Virus record (IMG/VR): IMGVR_UViG_3300030019_000003
Coordinates: 62,001-126,000 of that record
Length of the DNA stretch: 64,000 nt
Direction: 5' to 3' (one strand)
In this document: piece after piece, positions 59,160 through 64,000 of the stretch
Layout of the letters: each line of letters begins with the position of its first letter
How positions within the stretch are numbered: position 1 is the first letter of the stretch
Position numbers and translations under genes: made by a program
Notes under the pieces: generated by a model
Databases searched by the model: none
What the model was told of the DNA's origin: nothing
Seen by the model: only the letters and a program-made list of their open reading frames with translations

Positions 59160-59160
59160 T

Positions 59161-60243
59161 ATGGTACTTTTTAAAGATGACTATCAATCCTCTCCAGTTA
59201 TAGATCTGTCTACTAGAAACATAACTTTTCTAGAGTATGCCTATAGTTTAAAAGAGTCAGGTATTAAAAATTGGGCATTCTGTCTAATATTACATAACGC
59301 AGAACTTATAGGCGTAGATCCTTTCTCTAAGGATCTTACTGTATTACAAAAAACCGCTATCATTCTTGAAGCAGCAGAAAATCCGTGGTATTTTTTTAGA
59401 GAGGTTGTTAGGGTACCTGCGCATGGCAATTGCGCGTCTAAATACTTTAAAGCAAATGCGTTTAGTATACCTATACTATGGTCACATCTTGCAGGTATCT
59501 CACTTTTAATTGCTGGGCCGAGGCAGGTAGGTAAATTATTACCTGTTGATATGCTACTAGAGTATAGTATCATTTTATCTGGTTATCATACATCAGAAAT
59601 ACTTTTCAAAGATGATAATATCCGCAGTATAAGTATTCTGACTATTCTAAATAACATAGAATTATTACCGGATTTTTTCAAAAGCAGTGTCACACCTCAA
59701 CATATTAAAGACCCTATAGAAAAATTAGTATGTAAACCTAATAGCACATGTATCAATACTAGTGTTGCAAATCAGATTGCTAAATACGCCGCGTTGGCAT
59801 ATCGCGGACAGACTTTTAATACTTTTGTAATTAGGGATGCCTTATTCGTAAAAAATCTAGATAAGTATATCACCAATGCTTTACCAAGTATGAACTACGC
59901 CAATGAACTTGTTGAGGCTAATTCTTTAGGAGGCATGATTGTTATCACGAACTATGATGATCTTAAACGTAAGGATTCAGAGGGATCTAAATATGTTTAT
60001 GATACCTTTGTTAAAAATCAGCCAGTTTGGGATGATACCCTTTATGATACTTTAAATTGTAACAATATTAAGGATACTTTTACTGTTAAAAAAGATGGTA
60101 AAGCTACGAGGTTGTTTCTTAATATTGATGCTAGTTATGCTAAAATAGGGTTTACGGAAGAAATGGTTAAACAACACATACTTGACAGTTGTATCGATAC
60201 TGAAAAATGCCCGTATGAATTCTTAGACCATTGGGTGATTTAA
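59161..60243 (+). CDS. phiKZ-type terminase large subunit-like protein, ATPase region only, degenerate motifs
   Basis: LFKDDY...GIKNWAFCLILHNAELIGVDPF...ENPWYFFREVVRVP N-terminus; GPRQVGKL Walker A; FVIRD at Walker B; no nuclease domain. Confidence 0.75.
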   Translation: MVLFKDDYQSSPVIDLSTRNITFLEYAYSLKESGIKNWAFCLILHNAELIGVDPFSKDLTVLQKTAIILEAAENPWYFFREVVRVPAHGNCASKYFKANAFSIPILWSHLAGISLLIAGPRQVGKLLPVDMLLEYSIILSGYHTSEILFKDDNIRSISILTILNNIELLPDFFKSSVTPQHIKDPIEKLVCKPNSTCINTSVANQIAKYAALAYRGQTFNTFVIRDALFVKNLDKYITNALPSMNYANELVEANSLGGMIVITNYDDLKRKDSEGSKYVYDTFVKNQPVWDDTLYDTLNCNNIKDTFTVKKDGKATRLFLNIDASYAKIGFTEEMVKQHILDSCIDTEKCPYEFLDHWVI

Positions 60244-60260
60244 AATCTGGAAGGAATGGC

Positions 60261-61538
60261 ATGTTAGAGACACTACTTGCAAGTTATAATGATTTTATAG
60301 AAATATCTAAAAGTAATCCTATGTTAGCAGGTGCTATAGGTTTATGGGGTGCTGGGCTAGTTACGTGGTTAGCACGTAATATACCCAGCAGTATAGGATC
60401 ATTTATAGTGGCACAATTAACAACAAGGATGACGATGACAAATGTCTCGTCATCTACGTCTTGGGATAGCAATGAGTTACAGTTTAACGCCTTCGTCAAA
60501 TGGGTAAATAGCGCTGGGTATATAGGGTGGAGTCGCTCATTCACAATCACAACTGATGAAGATGTTGAACAAACTCCAGTACTTGTATTTGGTTTAGGAT
60601 CACATTTTTTTATTTATAAAGGAATATTCTTTTATATCTTTCGCAGAAGATTAGAGGCGGCCTCCAGTAACCAAGATAAACAGGAAATATCAGTTATTGG
60701 TTTAACACGTAATCGACAAAAACTTTTAGATCTTTATAACGCTTTTAAATACGTAAAAGATTTTAAAGAACTTTGTGTACGTAGCTGGAGAAAAGATGAA
60801 TGGATATACTCCGGATTTATTACCAAGCGGTCAATAGAAACAGTAGCTATAAATGAGAATATCCTTAGTGACATAATGGATAAACTTACCTTTTTTACAG
60901 AACATAAAGAATGGTACACCTCTAGGGGTATGTCTTATAAACAAACATTTCTTCTTCATGGTTTACCTGGTACTGGAAAGACCTCTCTTATCAAGGCGCT
61001 AGCGAGTTATTATAACCGAGATGTCTATACCATTAATCTAGGATTAATGACCGATACAGCACTTAGTAAGGCTATGGCTACTATTCGTAAAAATAGTATT
61101 ATTCTTTTCGAGGATTTTGACGCTAATAAAACAGTGCAAAAACGAAAAGTTAAAGGAGAGTCTATTTCATCTGATGAAATAGAGGTAGAAAGTACTGAAC
61201 CAGAGGAGTATTCGCCGTTGACGTTATCAGGCCTTCTTAATGAGTTAGACGGCATTATCTCATTAGACGATGTGATTGTGTTTATGACAACAAACCATAT
61301 CGAGAATATCGATAAGGCTATCTTACGTAAAGGCAGGGTTAATTTTATGTATGAGATAGGGCTACTTAAAGATGCTGAGATTAAAAAACAGATGATGGTT
61401 TATTATCCAGGTAAAAGTTTGTCTAATGATGTCACATATGAGGATATTGCCGGGTGTAATTTAGAAGCTTTATTCTTAGAGCATACTGATGATTATGAAA
61501 GTTTCTTAAATTCGTTACCACACGCTATTAAAAAATAA
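60261..61538 (+). CDS. BCS1-like AAA ATPase with N-terminal TM
   Basis: GLPGTGKT, ILFEDFD, TLSGLLNELDG, MTTNH, AILRKGRV; BCS1_N-like region. Confidence 0.85.
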   Translation: MLETLLASYNDFIEISKSNPMLAGAIGLWGAGLVTWLARNIPSSIGSFIVAQLTTRMTMTNVSSSTSWDSNELQFNAFVKWVNSAGYIGWSRSFTITTDEDVEQTPVLVFGLGSHFFIYKGIFFYIFRRRLEAASSNQDKQEISVIGLTRNRQKLLDLYNAFKYVKDFKELCVRSWRKDEWIYSGFITKRSIETVAINENILSDIMDKLTFFTEHKEWYTSRGMSYKQTFLLHGLPGTGKTSLIKALASYYNRDVYTINLGLMTDTALSKAMATIRKNSIILFEDFDANKTVQKRKVKGESISSDEIEVESTEPEEYSPLTLSGLLNELDGIISLDDVIVFMTTNHIENIDKAILRKGRVNFMYEIGLLKDAEIKKQMMVYYPGKSLSNDVTYEDIAGCNLEALFLEHTDDYESFLNSLPHAIKK

Positions 61539-61544
61539 GGAGTC

Positions 61545-61934
61545 ATGATGTGGATTTGGAATACCAGTACCATAATGGCGTTACTGTTTATTGCTTTCAT
61601 TATTATCGCCGTAATTACGTTATACATATATGTGTGCATACACGACACTACTAAAGAGAATGTTGTTACTAATGATACTGAGCTTGAGTATCATGCTACT
61701 ATACATATTTATTGTGTTTTAGATAATGTAGATGACTTAATACAACGTGGAAAGATTGGTAGCGCAACTAAGTATCTAGTAGATGGTTTAAGTATCTTGA
61801 ATAAAGAAGATACCATATCCGCTATTGAAATCGCCCGGTTAAAGAAATCTACTTCACAATTCAAAGATAGGTGGAACCATGTTATTGATATGCATGATAT
61901 CTATACTGGTCAAAAATGGATAAGGAAAACGTAG
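61545..61934 (+). CDS. Membrane-anchored protein (paralog of 62277)
   Basis: TM plus NVDDLIQRGKIGSATKYL...FKDRWNHVI. Confidence 0.6.
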   Translation: MMWIWNTSTIMALLFIAFIIIAVITLYIYVCIHDTTKENVVTNDTELEYHATIHIYCVLDNVDDLIQRGKIGSATKYLVDGLSILNKEDTISAIEIARLKKSTSQFKDRWNHVIDMHDIYTGQKWIRKT

Positions 61935-61982
61935 TGGTGCTTTAAACTTGTTTATACATAATTATTTTTTAGAAGGAAAACT

Positions 61983-62261
61983 ATGGAAATAGACAATGTT
62001 GTTCCGACTGTTATCTTTAGAAAGGATAGTGTTGGAATGACATTTATGCTAAAAGATTTATTCGATAAAAAAGTTATAGAGGATAATACTAACTTTAGTA
62101 TCGTTATACCATCAGGCATAAGTGTCATTGGTTCTTTTAGAATTGGTAGTTCAGGTACTGCATTTGATTTTTCAGACGTACCTGATAAAAAGATTGTGAT
62201 GTCGGGTGGCGGACGTATATGCAATATAAAAACAAGAAAGTTATTTAACTTAACATTATAA
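61983..62261 (+). CDS. Hypothetical protein
   Basis: AAGGA SD. Confidence 0.5.
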   Translation: MEIDNVVPTVIFRKDSVGMTFMLKDLFDKKVIEDNTNFSIVIPSGISVIGSFRIGSSGTAFDFSDVPDKKIVMSGGGRICNIKTRKLFNLTL

Positions 62262-62276
62262 AAGAAGGAAAATAGT

Positions 62277-62753
62277 ATGGAGTTTTTTATTCAAATGTTA
62301 CCAGTAATACTAATATCGTCTGGTATGGCTTATTTTGTGCAATGGTATTTTAACCATAAGCAGTTAGTGTCTGACTTAGAAGATCTAGATAAAGAACTTC
62401 CACTACCGACAGCTATTATGAAAAGTTTGGAACGTAATCTAATACGCACACTTGTAAATGTTAACGAACTTATTAATACAGGAAAAATAGCTGAAGCCAC
62501 AAAATTACTTTGTGAAACATGTTCTAGTGGTTGTGGCTCTAAAGCTACTTTTGAGTATGCGTTTTCAGCAGTGACGCTTGCTAGGAATGTGTCATCTTTT
62601 AAAGACCGGTGGGATTACGTTATCATGGTTTTCAAGATCTATAAGAATCTAAATGGTGATGGTGATCAAAATACCAATCTAGACATACCTGATGTTAGCC
62701 CTAAAGATTTAATAAAACAATGTGGGATTAACTTAAAGCTAGTAACGAGATAA
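62277..62753 (+). CDS. Membrane-anchored protein (paralog of 61545)
   Basis: TM plus NVNELINTGKIAEATKLL...FKDRWDYVI. Confidence 0.6.
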   Translation: MEFFIQMLPVILISSGMAYFVQWYFNHKQLVSDLEDLDKELPLPTAIMKSLERNLIRTLVNVNELINTGKIAEATKLLCETCSSGCGSKATFEYAFSAVTLARNVSSFKDRWDYVIMVFKIYKNLNGDGDQNTNLDIPDVSPKDLIKQCGINLKLVTR

Positions 62754-62759
62754 AGGAAA

Positions 62760-63308
62760 ATGATGAGAAATGACGGAAAGACCTATATCAATATAGGTAA
62801 AGACGCTAAAACAGATTTAGGTAAAACACTTTGGCTGTATGCCGGTTTAAAGAAACAAATCACGTATGTTGATGAACAGGGCAAGAAGTTTAAGTTCATG
62901 TCTTTAGGAGGCCTTTATGAGTATCTACGAGTACTTAATGTTATTAAGACATATAACTTTGAAGGTGTGCCGTTAGCTATTCTAGAAATGCTTGATGGTT
63001 TGAAAGAATCAAAAGGATTTAATAGTTTAGCCGTTGGTACTTCTATTATTCGTAAACTGGTTGAAACCAGACGATATACCCTAATAGATTTTCAAAAAGA
63101 TTCTGCTGCTAGGGCAAGTGTACTTACTGCTATGGTAGACACTTTGAACAACCAACCTAAATTGGTAAAAGCACTTGTTGAAAACACTTTACCATTAGGT
63201 TCTTTTAGGGTTATTGGGTATACATCTATATATCCAAATGTATCTGAAGCATGGGTTAGCGAAAATTGGAATAAAGCACTTGAGATTGTTAATTCCAATA
63301 AAAATTAA
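62760..63308 (+). CDS. NADAR-like protein, paralog of 34800
   Basis: DGKTYINIGKDAKTDLGKTL; VLTAMVDTLNNQPKLVKALVEN resembles the NADAR C-terminal helices. Confidence 0.5.
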   Translation: MMRNDGKTYINIGKDAKTDLGKTLWLYAGLKKQITYVDEQGKKFKFMSLGGLYEYLRVLNVIKTYNFEGVPLAILEMLDGLKESKGFNSLAVGTSIIRKLVETRRYTLIDFQKDSAARASVLTAMVDTLNNQPKLVKALVENTLPLGSFRVIGYTSIYPNVSEAWVSENWNKALEIVNSNKN

Positions 63309-63326
63309 CACCATATTATTAAAAAT

Positions 63327-63438
63327 GTAGGGGCAATAGGGTGCAGTCTTAACCGACTGATACCTAGAGTAGCATAAACTACATAACCGGCAGGGATCAC
63401 ACCGTAGCTACCGTAAGGTAGTCTAGAAGTTATTTTTT
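63327..63438 (+). ncRNA. Candidate about 110-nt small RNA
   Basis: ACCATATTAT promoter-like motif at 63310; TAGG..CAGTC/GACTG..CCTA and GTAG/CTAC stems; CTACC-GTAA-GGTAG hairpin plus T6; no ORF. Confidence 0.45.
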
Positions 63439-63456
63439 AACAGGTCACTATTATAT

Positions 63457-64000
63457 TGAGAATAAAAAATAACCGCTTAACAAAATTAGCGATTACTCTT
63501 CTCAGTTGGTTTATAACGGTCGCCCCCGGCCGTATAACTGACACCAGGTGATACATAATGCCCAGCAGGTTATGTATCGATAACAGTAATAGCTGTTATA
63601 CCTACCACTGCTGCAAACCTACTGCATGACAAAAAATCCGACAAATCGTTAGCAGTATTGGGAACACGCATGCAGAGAGTCGGTAATCGTTATGCGTGTT
63701 AAACTTGGTGCCATAATGGGTTTTCACATGCAACATGTGAAAAAGCTTAGCTTTTCGCCTGACTTTAAGTCATATCGCGATGTGATGCAAGCAGCTTAGA
63801 CTAACGTCTCGGCAAGCCGGTAAACCGGAGGGTGGGATTGGCAAAAAGACTAATATTAAAAGTACGATGTTACTAATAATTACTAATGGAATGCTGTATA
63901 TGTTGCAAACAGTTTGACTTAGTCTAGCGGCCAATGGTCGTTATGTCCACATCGGAGTTACTAGTTAAGCAGCCGCCAAGCGCAACCATAGGTTGGTATG
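63457..64000 (+). ncRNA. Large structured non-coding RNA candidate (3'-partial)
   Basis: No ORF of 60 aa or more, raised GC, more than 10 nested helices and a loop-loop complementarity; promoter-like TCACTATTAT at 63445. Confidence 0.65.

Noticed and set aside
417-63298. Many short minus-strand and nested ORFs in the ORF track
   Set aside because: They are shadows of long + strand genes, without SD or motifs; only 25317-26123 is convincing
63328-63370. Fluoride riboswitch or hammerhead ribozyme
   Set aside because: Only superficial similarity: the fluoride P1 pairing is missing and there is no CTGATGA...GAAA core
1-64000. CRISPR array
   Set aside because: No run of identical 25-45 nt repeats with unique spacers seen; the hairpins differ in sequence and are widely dispersed
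63330-64000. tmRNA or RNase P RNA
   Set aside because: GGGGC start and ATAACTG/GCAGCTTAG snippets occur, but the reading frame after ATAACT stops within 3 codons, there is no TTCGAC-type 5' motif, and no GAGGAAAGTCC RNase P box
1-64000. Stop-codon recoding
   Set aside because: Standard-code ORFs tile the window densely and TAG/TGA coincide with gene ends and terminators

Overview
AT-rich (roughly one-third GC by eye), densely coding segment that is almost entirely + strand. It is best explained as part of a phiKZ-like jumbo phage genome, based on a phiKZ-type terminase homolog, a gp175/T4-gp21-type prohead-protease homolog, a recurring ATATATTAT early-promoter-like motif and long stem-loops at operon ends. 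Bases 1-23042 are a virion/tail-fibre module: very large proteins built from Fn3/Ig-like repeats and RCC1 beta-propellers, a permuted papain-like enzyme and a GH108-type lysozyme. Bases 23.1-63.3 kb are an accessory/early region of about 70 mostly hypothetical ORFs. Recognisable items there include an intein-containing AAA ATPase, a SLOG/DUF2493 protein, dTMP kinase, a secreted SNase, an HD hydrolase, a GNAT, dCMP deaminase, CorA, a BCS1-like AAA ATPase, two NADAR-like proteins and a tRNA(CAT), probably Ile2. Most notable observations: (i) a highly structured non-coding RNA of more than 540 nt with its own promoter-like motif that runs off the right edge, plus three smaller candidate sRNAs; (ii) apparently catalytically dead copies of terminase and prohead protease, and a lone STAND-type winged helix, in the early region (possible decoys); (iii) RCC1 propellers inserted as cassettes into one loop of a repeated carrier domain; (iv) a class 3 (Ala1, WCT) intein with a decayed endonuclease. 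All family calls come from motif recognition by eye; no searches were run.
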